A stretch of DNA of 64,000 nucleotides from Octopus vulgaris (lineage: Eukaryota), in assembly GCA_951406725.2 (NCBI GenBank), contig OX597843.1:19654001-19718000 (forward strand), in the 5' to 3' direction. The position numbers and the translations under genes are program-made. Shown piece by piece: positions 1 to 14,885 of the stretch. The stretch's first letter is position 1. Every line of letters begins with the position of its first letter. Below the pieces are notes generated by a model. It was not told the DNA's origin and did no database searches. It saw nothing but the letters and a program-made list of their open reading frames with translations.

Positions 1-33
<33 letters not shown>

Positions 34-315
34 GTTTAAATTCTTTCGTCTCACATACTACGATCTCCTCAGCGACTCTCTGCTCCACTTATTTCTTCTT
101 ATCCCGCTTATTCCGTATTAAAATTTACATTTAAAATGTACAATTCTACTGTTTGTCAAGTGGATTGTTTATGAAATAAGTTATACTCGGAACAATTCTA
201 CATATTTACCTGGTTAAAACGGAATTTCTCACTTGGTGCAGTTACATATTTTAGTAATTGTTTGAATGAATACGCGCACATACACAACACACACACACAC
301 ACACACATATATATT

Positions 316-375
<60 letters not shown>

Positions 376-450
376 TGTGTGTGTGTGTGTGATATTATTG
401 ATATTATTGTAAGCAATGATATACATATACATATACATATATATCTATAA

Positions 451-515
<65 letters not shown>

Positions 516-564
516 CACAGGTGTGTATGATTGTGTATAGAAAAATATATTACTGAAAGATATT

Positions 565-3140
565 CCAAATTTGATTTTTATGATTTATTTACAATCTTAT
601 AATAATATATGATAAGATAAGATAACATAATGAAGCGATAGAATATCAAATATCCACTCTGATTGAACGAGTACTTTCATGTATTCTTCAAGTTGTATAA
701 AAATAGTTATTGTCTGCATCATTCGAAAGAGAAATGAATTCTGCATAAGGTGTAAAAGATAGAGGTAATTTGTATGGTCTTAGTAACAAAATATTTTGTG
801 AGAAATAGGACTATTATCATCGGTCTTAGATTTACTTTCGCCAGCGTAGATATGTGTGTGTATAAATATTAATTTTAAATCTTAACAGGAAAGTAGCAAA
901 AATTGATTCACCTCGATAATGCCGGTTCCAAATATGACTTCAGTATTAATTTTTTACAGAAATTAGACAAGGTTTATCCACTTATCTGAATATTCTATTA
1001 CCTCATGAAAGTTTATTGTCTCATTTTGCGGCTTGTATCGGATTAGAATACTGATCGAAGTACACATTTGTTATAAACCGTTATGTGTGGGTTTTCCATT
1101 TTCCAGAAATTCACCATTCCTACACGACGCAAAGTAATATGAGATGAGGTGTTTTGCTTAAGAACGCCATACAATTCCCGTTCCGGGAATTGAAACCGAG
1201 ATCTCGATATCGAGAATGCACCATTAACAGCGTGGTCATACGCCTTGGACAACAATTATATTATGAAACATGGTACATGACATATGTAGGCGCGACAGCA
1301 TCTCAGAAATCCTTCTTATCTACTAGGCGTTTTACTGAAGCAACAGCCACTGAATTTTCATGGAAGCCCAAAAAGATCTGAGCGTTACTCCTAAGAGATG
1401 TCTCTTGTCAGCTAACGATATGCCGTTGTATCATGTAATGATAGAAAGTCTGTACATTTCTTTGAGGTTTTTTTGTGTTTTACTTAGGGTGTTGTGGTCG
1501 ACGTTGTTGTTTGCTCTGATCGTAATTTTGCACAAAGTCATTCCAACTATAGCCCACTAATTTTTTTTTATTCCAACATTAGCAACCATGTCCTCCATTG
1601 TCTAAAATTATCCACTTATCTGAATATTCTATTGTCTGATATAAGTTTTTGTCTCACCTTCCAGCTGCTATCCGATAAGCATAATGAATGAAATACCCTG
1701 TTGTAATAATTCTTTGAGTGTCTTTTTTGCTGTTTTTAAAGGAGAGTGGCAGTATTTTCTCTTGATGTTTGTGATTGGCTGAAATTCTTTAATATCCAGA
1801 AAATAAATCCATTTTCCAGCTACTCACCATTCCTACACGTCAAGTGTTGAAATGGTCTCTGTGCAACATGAAGTGCCTTGCGCACAATACACCTCCCTTT
1901 GCAGGATTTGAAATCCCGACCTTGTTTTTTTGAGGAGCACCTTTAACCAATATTTCATGTATTCTTGACATCTCTCTATATATAAACGGCAGTTTGTCTG
2001 TGCGTGTTTCTGTGTGTCTGTTTGCTTGTACCCTCACCCTGACCACGGCTTTCAACCGATTCTGATGAAACTTAACACACACATAGCCCAATGTCATAAT
2101 TCAAAACTAACGCAGCGAAAATTTTGAAAAGTTCCCCCAGTTCTGAAAAAAATCGATAAATTCGACATGGGGTCGAGAATTAGAAACACAAACCGCAAAC
2201 TGTCTAGGGGACGCAACTCCACCTTTTTTAACTAAAAAAAAAATTAACATCATTTTTTTTGCTATTTTTTGGCTATAACTCTCTAAAAATGCTTTATAGT
2301 TATTTCCCTTACAAACCTGAGCAACGCCGGGCGATACTGCTAGTCGGTTATATTACGAAAGTGGAATTTTTCATATGTCCTGGCAACAACCACAGTATAT
2401 TCTTATTTACTTGACGCTTTTCTAAAACAAACGCCATTGTTTTTATCGATTATTGGGATAGCGATATCTGGTCAAAGACACGACCTCATCTCTCTTGTTA
2501 CTAAAATGCAAATCCGAGGAATTTTCCTCGTTTCGCTGAATATATTTCAGTTGGTTGTAAAGTATGCTTGTTTTTCATTGATGACAAAACTATGATCAGA
2601 GGCGTTTCCGTCGTGATCATCCCGTCGATTTACATATATTGCAATGTGTGTTGTATCCTTTCCGTGGTTAAGACTGTCAGGTGTGAGACAATGGAATATC
2701 ATTGTCTCAAATGCTTACGATAAGGCTGATAGCACAAATGTACAAGTAATTGACATTCATTAGTCCTGAAACCTACATCTACAATCATTATTGTAATACA
2801 TCACATGATGTGGATGTTAATTTTTATAGATCTCTCCGAAATATAAGTCCGACCTTACTATCAAGATGAACCATCAATTTCTTAAATGACATCTAGGACT
2901 GAATTATTCTGCTACTAGCAGAAGAATGAAAGTGTATATTCTACGTGGTTTACTTTCCATGTGTGTTTAGCATATTGTAACTTTTATGTACATGGGTTAT
3001 CTCAAGTACAACATACCCTCGAATATTTAGGGGCGTCCAGTTCACCCTGTGTAACTTGCCGCAGGACTCACACAGCAGATGCAGGTACTAGAGGGTAAAG
3101 ATGGTACTAATTCCCTAAGTTGTTCACGTGAGCATCCGCA
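565..3140 (-). pseudogene. Degenerate spliced gene unit (UTR exon, exon A 2357-2765, exon B 912-~1100, terminal exon C ~565-740); product uncertain, possibly a type II membrane glycosyltransferase-like protein
   Basis: Donors GTGAGT/GTAATA/GTGAAT and acceptors TTTCAG/TGCAG; ATG followed by hydrophobic MNVNYLYICAISLIVSI; AATAAA at 584-589; stops and frameshifts in all frames. Confidence 0.45.
1971..2343 (+). mobile_element. Non-autonomous Helitron-like element
   Basis: 5' TCTCTCTATATATAAA; 3' GAGCAACGCCGGGCGATACTGCTAG; inserted between A and T; absent at paralogous sites (5668, 15660, 33981). Confidence 0.85.
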
Positions 3141-3199
3141 TACCAATTTATTATTATACCATATACACACAACAGTTTAGATTGTGTGAGTACGTTGGC

Positions 3200-3264
<65 letters not shown>

Positions 3265-3272
3265 TGTATATA

Positions 3273-3325
<53 letters not shown>

Positions 3326-3384
3326 TTCATGCGAATTCAGAGATCTACACACACGTATAAAAAGTGTATTCTTTACATTAATTA

Positions 3385-3657
3385 TTTTACTTGTTTAAGA
3401 CATTTGACTGCGGCCTTGCTGTAGTGCCAACTGAAAAGCCTTTAAGCCGAAGAGCCGAAGAAATTTACAACAGCTTATTTTTTGCAAGCCTGGTACTTAT
3501 TTTATTGATCGCTTTTGCCGAACAGCTATGTTAAGGCGGGTGTAGAAGACCTGCTGTCAAACTATGAACGCGTAACAAACATAGTCACACAGACACACAC
3601 ACACACAGGCAAACACACACACTCACACACACACGCCACACACACACTCACAAACAC

Positions 3658-3694
<37 letters not shown>

Positions 3695-3860
3695 ACGGAC
3701 TTCCTTCGGGTCCGTCTACAATACCCACTCACAAGTCTTTGCTCGACCTGAGGCTATATTAGAAGACACTTTCCCAGGTTGCCATAAAGTGAAACTGAAC
3801 CTGGATCTATCTGACTGCGGAGCAAGTTTCTTACCACTCAGCCACGCCTATGCATATGTG
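3385..3860 (-). mobile_element. tRNA-derived SINE (family with cttgtttcagtcatttgactgcggccatgctggagcacc tail); relatives at ~4585-5020, 8665-9030, 17800-18260, 19030-19485, 23165-23525, 56520-56890
   Basis: tRNA-like head with B-box-like ggttcagt, internal (CA)n, conserved tail. Confidence 0.75.
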
Positions 3861-4822
3861 TTTATGGATAAGTCTATAAATAGGATGGAGAGGACAATCA
3901 AATGTTTAACAAATAGTTATTACGTGCGTGTAACAACGTTATGGTTGCTTGGAACCAAATGCTCACCGACATATGACCGTCAGGAACAACGTTATTCTAT
4001 TAAGTTGCATAGTTATAGAAAGATGAGAGTGATGGAAAAATAAATCATATATATGTGTGTGTGTGTGTGTGTGTATATAAATGTTAAATCTTAAAAGAAA
4101 AGTAACAAAAATTGATTTATCTATTCGCGTTCTGAGTTCCTTTCCTGTCGAACTCCCCTTTGCCTTTCATTTCTCAGAGGTGCTGAAGTCCAATTAGTCG
4201 ACTGTCCACCTCCCCCACAGAACACAACCACTGGCATTCTACCTAAGCCAGAGTCAACATTATATGAGCGGCAATCTAGTATTTTAGGACAAAGGATTTG
4301 CTACGGGGTGTCATATGTAGTCATGTATGGTTATTTAAGATGCATGAGGATATATATAGATACAGAAACACGCACAAATACATGTGTGTGTAGGAGTGTG
4401 TGCATGTGAGTGTGTGTATGTATGTACGTTTGTATATATATATATATGTATGTATATATGTATATATATATGTATGTATATGTGAGCGTGTGTCTACATG
4501 TGCGTGTGAATATATGCACATGTGTACGAGGCAGAACATTCACACACACACACATATATAAATGTGTTTTTTTTCTTTAATTCTTTTACTTGTTGGAGAC
4601 ATTTGCCTGCGTCCATGCTGGAGCACCATATCAAAAGACTTTAAGCCCAATAAATTGACATCAGACCTTATTCTTTGTAAGCCAAGTACTTATTTTATTG
4701 GCCGCTTTTGCCGAACCGCAATGTTAAGGAGGGGGGCGTAAAAAACCCGCTGTCAAGATATGAATGGGTAACAAACACAGTCGCAAAGACAGAAACACAC
4801 ATACACAAACAAACAGACTCAC

Positions 4823-4892
<70 letters not shown>

Positions 4893-5273
4893 TGTAAAAC
4901 TTTGGTCGGCCCAAGACTATAGTAGAAGTCACTTTCCCAAATTGCCATGCAGTGAAACTGAACCTGGAACTATCTGCTTCCGAACCATGTTTCTTACCAC
5001 ACAGCCACGCCAACGCATATGTATTTATGTATAAGTCTATATATAGGATGAACAGGACAAACAAATATTTCAATAATAATTCTGACGTGCGTGTAACAAC
5101 GTTGTGGTTGGTTGGAACCAAATTCTCACCGACAAATGATCGTCAGTAACAAAGTTATTCTATTAAGTTGCATACTTATAGAAGGATAGAGAGAAAGGGA
5201 AACATAAATCATATATATGTGTGTGTGTATATAAATGATAAATCTTAAAATAAAAGTAACAAAAATTATTTAC

Positions 5274-6096
5274 CTTTATAACGCCGACTCCAAATATGAC
5301 TTCAGTTTCAATTTTTGACAGAAATTAAATCTTTTATCAACTTATCTGAATATTTTATTGCCTCAAATAAGTTTTTTGTCTCACGTTCCAGCTGCTATCC
5401 GATAAGAATACTGAATGAAATACCCTGTTGTAATAATACTCCAATTTTTTTAAAACGAAAGTGGTAGTATTTTCCCTTGATGTATGTGAGTGGCTGAAAT
5501 TTTTTAATATCCGGAAAATAAATCCATTTTCCAGCTAGTCACCATTCCTACAAGTCAAGTGTTGAAATGGTCGCTGTGCAACATAAGATGAAGTGTTTTG
5601 CGCACAAAACACCACTCGTCCTATGATCTGAAATCACGACCTTAATCACGATTTCATGTGTCCTCGACTTCTATTATATTACCAAAATGGTATTTTTCAT
5701 ATGTCCTGGCAACACCCACAGAATATTCTTATCTACTTGACGCTTTTCAAAAAAAAAACACCATTGTTTTTATCGATTATTGGGATGGCGATATCTGCTC
5801 AAAGACAAGACCTAATCGCTCTAGTTACTAAAATGGAAACCAGGCGAATTTTCCTCGTTTCGCAGAATATATTTCAGTTGTTTATAAAGAATGCTTGTTG
5901 TTCACTGGTGACAAGACTATGATCAGAGGCAGGCGTTTCGGTCATGATCATCCCGTCGATTCACTTACATCGCAATGTGTGTTGTATCCTTTCCGTGGTT
6001 AAGACGGTACGGTGTGAGACAATGGAATATCATTGTCTCAAATGCTTGCGATAGGGCTGAAAGTGCAAATGTTCAAGTAATGGACATTCATTAGTC
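5274..6096 (-). pseudogene. Paralogous degenerate exons A (5683-6096) and B (5274-5493)
   Basis: Homologous to 2357-2765 and 912-1100 with conserved GT/AG; 5' part replaced by a LINE fragment at ~6190. Confidence 0.45.
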
Positions 6097-6189
6097 CTGA
6101 AACCTACACCTGCAATCATTATTGTAATGCATCCCTTGATGTGGAAGTTAATTTTCATAGATCTTTCCGAAATATAAGTCCGACCTTAC

Positions 6190-7870
6190 AATTAATTTTT
6201 GCTTAGAAACTCTGTCTCCCATTTCAGCTTCCTTTCAGCAACCATATGTTTCACTGTTACTATTTCTGTAACTATCTTTGCCAATCTACCATGGAAAAAC
6301 ATTCTCTTGTCAGTTAGATAATCTCCCTTCTTTTATCTGGTTTTAATTTCATTTGGATTTTTCTTTTCCTATCTCTTACTGTAAATCTTGCAACTCATAA
6401 ATTTTATTCACTATTATATATATCAACTCTAGCTAACTCTACGCTACTTTCTGCTGATATTAAACCTCTTCCACCTTCGTTATTCTAAGTAAGTGCAATC
6501 TTGCTCTTCCTAATCGAGGCTGAAGTCCTCCATTCATATCGAAATTCTACCTAGTTCTTCTGTCTAGATTTGCTAATTCAGATCTTTTCCAATCAACAAA
6601 TTCTGCTGAATACCGAGGTAACGACACAAAGTTTTTACAACCTTTTCTAGATTAGCTTCTTCAACCTTCCGATGTACTCCTTATCTATTTTTGTTTTCAT
6701 TTCCATTGTTAATACACTCTCAGATTCTAATACTCCGAAGCACTTATGATTCCCTGCCTTCAGTGATTTTACTCTCTTGCTATCTGTCCTTCACTGTCCC
6801 CTTTTTATGACTTATGTTGCGCACATATCTATGCCAAATTCCATGCCTATATCTTTTCTTAAGCGCCTTACAATTCGTATTAAGGAACCAAAAATCTTCT
6901 AATCGTCCATCTTGAGCAAATGAGTAATATTTCTTTTAACATCTCTAAACTGATACCCTGACTTTGCCTTTCTTAGTACTAAATTGACGACAGTTAAGCA
7001 TAACACAAATATTAATGGAGATAACGAGTCTCCCTGGAGAATTCCTCACCTGATATTAACTTTTCCTAAGACAGTGTCACCTGAGTAGAGATATACTTTC
7101 CAATTCTTCGCACTATTGCTGTAACTAATTAAGTCTCTTGTGTTGGCTGCAATACTGAATATACTCAAATATTCACTTATCCGTGAGTGTTGTATTATGT
7201 CATATGATTTTTATACTGTTGAAGTTTGCATTCTCGACTTTAGAACTGCTTTCTCTGTGTGTAATAGATCGTGCGTTCCTCTAGCCTTCTTTCTGCAAAC
7301 ATTTCAGTTCTTCTGGTAGCAAATTCTGGTTGTCAAGTTGATTCTAAATGTTTTCTGTGTGAATTCATGTTAAAAGTCTCTACATTGGGAATTTGCCTGG
7401 TTTTTGTCTATTTTGGCTTTATGTAGTTAGTTATGAATGCCTGATCGTGTGCAGTTGCTTACAAACACTATCTTCCTTTTCATTTTCCTTTCTGAAACCA
7501 TATTAGTCTGTAAGTGTCCCTCGGCTTTTCTTTCTGTACCCTTTCTGTTCCACTGGTGCTTTGTAATTTATTTCCAGGAAATCATACACCTAATTAGATA
7601 TTATTCCTGTCATCAGCTTCCACATGTGGGGCAGACAGGTGATAGGCCGGTGATTATCCACTGCATTGCTTTGTTGGGATTCTTTTGGCAAAGAATTGTT
7701 TGACTTGTGGTCAGCCTCTTTGGGATTTGTACCCCGTTGTTGATCATTTTATATATTTGCTTCGCTATTCTTCTGTGTAGTGCTGGGAAAATTTTCAGCC
7801 AATATCCTTGTACGCTATCCGGTCCTGGGTATTTCCAGTTTGGCGATTTAATCACTCTGGCCCACATTGA
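6190..7870 (-). mobile_element. Decayed R4/Dong-like non-LTR retrotransposon RT fragment
   Basis: NWKYPGPDSVQGYWLK; paralog 21396-21665 reads RRGILQGDSLSPLIFVLCL...INHLLKMDD. Confidence 0.85.
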
Positions 7871-9569
7871 TAGTGAAATATACAATGAGGCGACTGGCGT
7901 TTATACATCTGCTTTTTCTCATCCTTAATTACTAAACAATCCCCTCGTCTCTCTCTCCTCTACAACATTAATTAAATTTAACTCTCTATAATTATATACG
8001 ATGACTATGCGAGAATTTGTATGTGGGTGTGTCTGTGTGTGCAAACAGACATTTATCTGTCCATTTCTAAACTCATACGTATGGATGTGTATGTATGGCC
8101 GCGTAAGTGTGTGTATCTGACTGTGTGTATACCAATGGGAATATGCCACTGCATATGTGTGTGTGTGTGTTTGCATATGTTAGTGCGTGTGTGTATGTGT
8201 ATGTCTCTGTCTGTATGTATGTGTGTGTATACATGCATCCCCTTAACCCCCAAGTCAAACACCCCCTCTCTATATAGACTAAGCCCTATATACTCTCATA
8301 TATTTCTCATTCGCCTAATAATAGACTCTTCCAAGGCCTTACAAAACTGATTCACTTTCTATTCAAAGATGCAACTGTTAACTTCCATTATCCTTTGCCA
8401 GGGACTTTCCTGGAAACTTTACTAACTCTTCGATCACGAAAATACCAAACACATTTATCTGAGAATTCCATGTTTTCCCAAAAGACTGGTAACGAATAAT
8501 GTCCTCGATAAAGGATATTATGCATTTCTGCATTTTCTTCGTCTTTCTCCAATAACGGAAGAATTTGCTTACATGGAACTCTTTACTCAATAACATGCTT
8601 ACCTATTCTAGAAACAGCTATAAGAGACTTTGTGCATATTTGTAACCACTCTGCACAGTTCTTTTATTTGTTTCAGCCATTTCACTGGGGCCATGCTGAA
8701 GCAATGCCTTTTTAATCGAACTTAGTATTTATAAGCCTTGTACTTATTCTATGAGTCTCCTTTGCTGAACCACTAAATTACATGGACGTAAACTCACCAA
8801 CATCGGTTGTCAAGCGATGGTGGTGGACAAACACAGACACAAAAACTCACACACACACACACATGATGGCCTTCTTTCAGTTTCCGTCTTCCAGATCCAT
8901 TAACAAGGCTTTGGTCGGCCCGAGGCTATAGTAGAACGCATGTTACAAAGATGCCACGCAGTGGGACTGAACCCAGAACAATGTGGTTGGTAAGCACGCC
9001 TATTACTACACAACCACTCCTGCGCCAATACTTATATTATAAATTATAAAATGAATGTCCTTGAATAAGGCTAAATGTTTTTCTTGCTCCTAATCTGTTA
9101 TAATTTATGTCCCTCCGCTCAATGATCAACCACACCTTAAAACCGTTGATACCCAATTTCTGCACCACATTTTTCTGTTCAAGCCGGTGTTTTAGTGGTA
9201 AACCAAACTTGACAGTCACACTACATTCGACCTTTCACATGACTTTCTATTGTATCAACGCTAAGGTATAATATATACTTTTATGTGGCTTTGGGGAGTG
9301 GCATGAACGGATTTCTTCTATTTTTAAGTATTTCAATTACTTATGTAACGAACAATTTCTTTAACGAACATGGCTCAGAAAGGATTATGTGTATATATAG
9401 AGATGCCACTGGTTTGAGATGTTTTGAGTCGAACTAATTGACCTCTGTACTTCATTTTTTAAGCCTTGTACTTATTTTATTGGAGTATTTTGGTGAATCG
9501 CTAAGCGGTGGGACAAACACGGACACAAGGACACACACACACTGATACATACAGACAGACATATATAGG

Positions 9570-9940
9570 CATAGGAGTGGCTGTAGTGTAAGAAACACAT
9601 GGTTCCGGGTTCAGTCCCGTTGCGAGAAACCTTGGCTGAGTGACTTCTACTATAGCCAAGGGCCGACCAAAGCCTTGAGAGTGGATTTCATAGATGGAAA
9701 CTCAAATAAGCCAGTCCTATGTGTGTGTCTGTGTGTCTTTGTGTGTCTATATTTGTCCCTCCACCATCCCTTGACAACCGATGTTGGTGTGCTTACGTCC
9801 CTGTAACTTGACGGTTCTGGAAAAGAAACTGATGGAATAAGTACTAGGCTTACAAAGATTAAGTCCAAGAGTCGATTTGTTCGACTAAAGGCGGAGCTCC
9901 AGCATGGCCACAGTCAAATGACTGAAACAAGTAAAAGAAT
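9570..9940 (+). mobile_element. Same SINE family, plus strand (duplicate ~24105-24478)
   Basis: ggagtggctgt...ggttccgggttcagtccc...gctccagcatggccacagtcaaatgactgaaacaagtaaaag. Confidence 0.78.
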
Positions 9941-10666
9941 AGCCACAATGGGCTTCTTTCCGTTTCCATCTACCAAATCCACTCCTGAAGATTTTGAGAG
10001 TCCAATGGCTACAGTAGAAGAAATGTGCGCAGTGTGCCACGCAGTGGAACTGAACCCGAAACCAGATTTGGAAGCAAGCGTCTTACCACACAGCCGCGCC
10101 TAAACATGCCCCCCCTACACAGATTCAATCCAAGGAAACACGCATAAAGATGAAACACTCTCCAAGACGTTCACTTTATAATTTGTTTAAACGATTAACA
10201 TGGTGTCCATTAGTGAGTAATGCTGTGTTTTGTTTTATTTCTCCTACACATTCATTTCAAATTTTGGCACAACACCAGCAATTTCGGGGGAGGGAGTTAG
10301 TTGATTACATCGACCCCAGTACTTAACTGATATTGATTTCATCGACCCCGAAAGGATAAAAGGCAAAGACAACCTCGGCGGAATATTTCTACTTAATATT
10401 TAATATTATTACGTTCATGCATTTTTGAAATTGGGTGTTAAAACATAAATTCTTCTATTTGGAGATGGTCGTCTGTTGCCAATGAAACACGCGCAATATA
10501 TATTTGATATTCACTTAATTATTATTATTAATATTCTTATTCTTATTCTTATTGTTGTTGTTGCTGTTGTTATTTTTGTTATTGTTGTTTTTGATGTTGT
10601 TTGTTGTTGTTGTTGTTGTTGTTGTTGCTGTTGTTATTTTTGTTATTGTTGTTTTTTCTTATTCTT

Positions 10667-10720
<54 letters not shown>

Positions 10721-10729
10721 GGTGTTGTT

Positions 10730-11120
10730 GGTACGCCGGGTGAAACGCTCAGAAGTATTTCGTCTGCCCGAAGGCGGCGAGCTGGCAGCAACGTTAGCAC
10801 GTCGGGCGAAATGCTTAGCAGGATTTCGTCTGCGGTTACGTTCTGAGTTCAGATTCCGCCGAGGTCGGCATTGCCTTTCATCCTTTCGCACTGGCGTCGA
10901 TATAATCGATTTAATCCGTTTGTTTGTCCTTGTTTGTCATCTCTGTGTTTAGCCCCTGGAGGGTCGGAAAGAAATAGGTATTTCGTCTCTCACTACGTTC
11001 TGAGTTCAAATTCCGCCGAGGTCGATATTGCCTTTCATCCTTTCGGGAACGATGAATTAAGTACCAGTTATACACTGGGATCGATGTAATGGACTTGTCC
11101 TTGTGCTTCCAGTAGACAGG
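10730..11120 (+). mobile_element. Second SINE family (ggcggcgagctggcag...ttctgagttcaaattccgccgagg) within (TAT/TGT)n; relatives at 25085-25435, 25575-25785, 35400-35590, 37975-38140
   Basis: tRNA-like head with B box gagttcaaattcc; repeated body. Confidence 0.78.
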
Positions 11121-11166
11121 ATTATTATTATTATTATTATTGTTATTATTATTAATATTATTATTA

Positions 11167-11221
<55 letters not shown>

Positions 11222-11472
11222 TAATTTAAATTCTTCCGTGTCACATACTATGATCAACTCAGCGACTCTCTGCTACGCCTTTTTCTTCTTATCCTGCTTA
11301 TTCTGTATTAAAATTTATATTAAATGTCTACTTTTCTACTGTTTGTCAAGTGGTTTGTTTATCAAATAATTTATACTCGGAAAAATTGTACAAACGGAAT
11401 TTCCCACTTGGTGCAGCTATATATTTTAGTAATTGTTTGAATGAATACACGCACATACACAACACACATATA

Positions 11473-11527
<55 letters not shown>

Positions 11528-11528
11528 A

Positions 11529-11569
<41 letters not shown>

Positions 11570-11645
11570 ATATATATATGCATGGTAGAAATATGTTACA
11601 GAAAGAAAATATAAAATACACGTGGAAACGTAAGGATAAAATATG

Positions 11646-11684
<39 letters not shown>

Positions 11685-11711
11685 CAGACAGAGAGAGACA
11701 GAGACAGATAT

Positions 11712-11742
<31 letters not shown>

Positions 11743-12156
11743 CACAGAGAGTGAGACTTTTAGTGGGGAGCAACCACATCGAACCTTCCCAAGTGTAACT
11801 GCCCGAGATGGTCGTGACTTGTGGGACTTGACTGAGGAAAGAAAGCCAAGAATGACCCGTCTTTTTTTGCCTGTCCTTCTAATCTTTGTTTCTCCTGTCC
11901 GCCTTTCTATCGTCTATCTGTCCCAATCTTTTATTGTCTTCTATTGCGTTTTTAACAAATTATATTTTTATGTGTGTATGTGTGTGTGTGTATATGTGTG
12001 TGTGTGTCTGTCAATCTATTTATAGAAGTTTCTATTTGTTTATCTGTCTAATTATTATTCGAATTGTCTCTTTCTCTTTCTCTTTCTTTCTTTTTTCTTT
12101 CTCTCTCTCTCCCTGTTCCACACTTCTTTTTCTCTCTCTTTTTCCCTCCTTCTGTC

Positions 12157-12199
<43 letters not shown>

Positions 12200-12328
12200 T
12201 CGTGCTGCTATTTTTAGCGTGCTGGTGCTGCTTGTAGGACCTTTAATTATTAATTAATGATGCTTTACCTTATGGGATTGTTTTTACTCATGCTTGCCAC
12301 TTGATATTATTGTAAGTAATAATATCCT

Positions 12329-12373
<45 letters not shown>

Positions 12374-12444
12374 TTATACACAGGTGTGTATGATTGTATA
12401 TAGGAGAATATATTACTGAAAGAAATTCCAAATTTGATTTTCAT

Positions 12445-14841
12445 GATTTATTTACAATCTTATAATAATATATGATAAGATAAGATAACATAATGAATCG
12501 ATAGAATATCAAATATCCACTCTGATTGAACAAGTACTTTCATGCATTCTTCAAGTTGTATAAAAATAGTTATTGTCTGCATCATTCCAAAGAGAAATAA
12601 ATTCTCCATAAGGTGTAAAATATAGAAATAATTTGTATGGTATTAGTAACAAAATATTTTGTTAGAAATAGGATTATTATCATCGGTCTTAAATTTAATT
12701 TCGCCAGTGTAGATATGTGTGTATATAAATATTAATTTTAAATATTTACAGGAAAGTAGCAAAAATTGATTTACATTTACAATGCCGGTTTCAAATATGA
12801 CTTCAGTATTAATTTTTTACAGAAATTAGAAAAGGTTTATCCACTTATCTGAATATTCTATTACCTCATGAAAGTTTATTGTCTCATTCTGCGGCTTGTA
12901 TCGGATTAGAATTCTGACCGAAGTACACATTTGTTATAACCCGTTATGTGTTTTTTTAACGGCAGTGTCAGTATTTTCTGTCGATGTATGTGATTCGCTG
13001 TACTTTAATATCCGGAAAATAAATCCATTTTCCAGAAATTCACCATTCCTACACGACGCAAAGTAATATGAGATGAGGTGTTTTGCTTAAGAACGCAATA
13101 CAATTCCCTCTACGGGTATTGAAACCGCGATCTCGCTATCGCGAATGCAGCACCATTAACAGCGTGGTCATTCGCCTTGGACACCAATTATATTATTAAA
13201 CATGGAACATGACATATGTAGGTGAGACAGCAACCCAGAAATCCTTCTTATCTACTGGGCGTTTTCCTGAAACAACACCCACTGAATTTACATGGATCCC
13301 GAGAAAGATCTGAGCGTTACTCCTAAGAGATGTCTCTTGTCAGCTAAAGATATGGCGTTGTATCATGTAATGATAGAAAGTCTGACGCAGAAAATTCCCG
13401 AGTTTGGTGAGGTGATACAAAGTCTGAGAACGAGGTCAATTTTAGGTTCATATCTTTTTGGGGTTTTTTGTGTGTGTTTTACTTAGGGTGTTGTGGTCGA
13501 CGTTGTTGTTTGCCCTGACTTATCGTAATTTTGCACAAAGGCATTCCAATTATAGCCTACTAATTTGTTTTTATTCCAACATTAGCAACCATGTCCTCCA
13601 TTGTGTAAAATAAGAGTGTGTGATTGGAAAGAGATTTCGCAGCTATTTCCAGGTGTTTGATGGAAAACATTATAAACATATCTGCGCCACAAGCCAATGT
13701 TTCCTGATTGAGTAAAGCTATGGTCAGAGGACATCCAGTGGTCATCTTCCCATCCATTTAGTTATATAGCATTGTCTCCGGTCTCTAGGTGAGCAGGGTT
13801 TTCCCTGAATTAAACTTCTTAAGCACACATGAAACCAAAAACCCATAGGACACTTGTGTGTAGACCACTAAATACATGCTTCTAACTCCTCAGATCTGAA
13901 TGCTTCGTCACCTTCCCGTCCCCGCAGGACTTTCGAATGAAAAAATAAGTTGTACGGTTAAAAAGTAGAGAATTTAAATTAAAAAGATAATATTAAACAA
14001 GAAAATTCAAGCAAAATAGTCGGCAATGCCTGTACACAATGTCTGTACACAAATTTACAAATTGCTTTGCAGCGTTTCTGTCGGCTATTCGCGTTCTGTG
14101 TTCCTTTCCCACCGAAGTCCACTTTGCCTTTCCTTTCTCAGAGGTGCTGAAGTCCAATTAGTCGACTGACCACTTCCCCCACAATAACACAACCCACTGG
14201 TATTCTACCTAAGCCAGAGAGAAATTTACAGGCGGCAATCTAGGATTTCAGGACAAAGAATTGCAACGCGGGGTCATATGTAATCATGTATGGTTATATA
14301 AAGATGCAGCAAGATATATACATACACAAACACACACAAATATATTTGCGTGTATGTGTGTGTGTGTGTGTGTGTGTAAGTGTACCTGTGTGTGCTTGTG
14401 TATGTGAATGTGTGCAATTATGTACGTTTGTATATATTTATATATATATATATATATATATTTATTTATATATAGTAAATCCAAACAAGAAAGCACAAAA
14501 AAACACAACGCGAGGACGTGGAACAAATATAGTATTATTGGACGCTCAGGAAAGAAGGAAAAAAGGAGGGCTTAACGTTTCGAGCGGAGCTCTTCGTCGG
14601 AAACATAGGAGAAGGAAAGCTCCAGAGAAGGGAAGACAGAGGGGGAAAAATCGCCAACGGTGTACATGAGGTCACATTTTGAGGAGTGTCTGTGTGGTAA
14701 GTAGCTTGTTTACCAATCACATGGCTCCGGGCTCAGTCCCACAGCGTGGCACTTTAGGCAAGTGTCTTCTACTATGGCCTCGGGTCTACCAAAACCCTGT
14801 GAGTGGATTTGGAAGACAGAAACTGAAAGAAGACCGTCGTA

Positions 14842-14885
<44 letters not shown>

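Larger units (their letters stand above)
36..3200. repeat. Distal part of a further, internally deleted copy of the duplication
   Basis: 36-1600 matches parts of 11225-13600 and 25855-26090; 1605-3200 matches 15305-16520. Confidence 0.88.
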
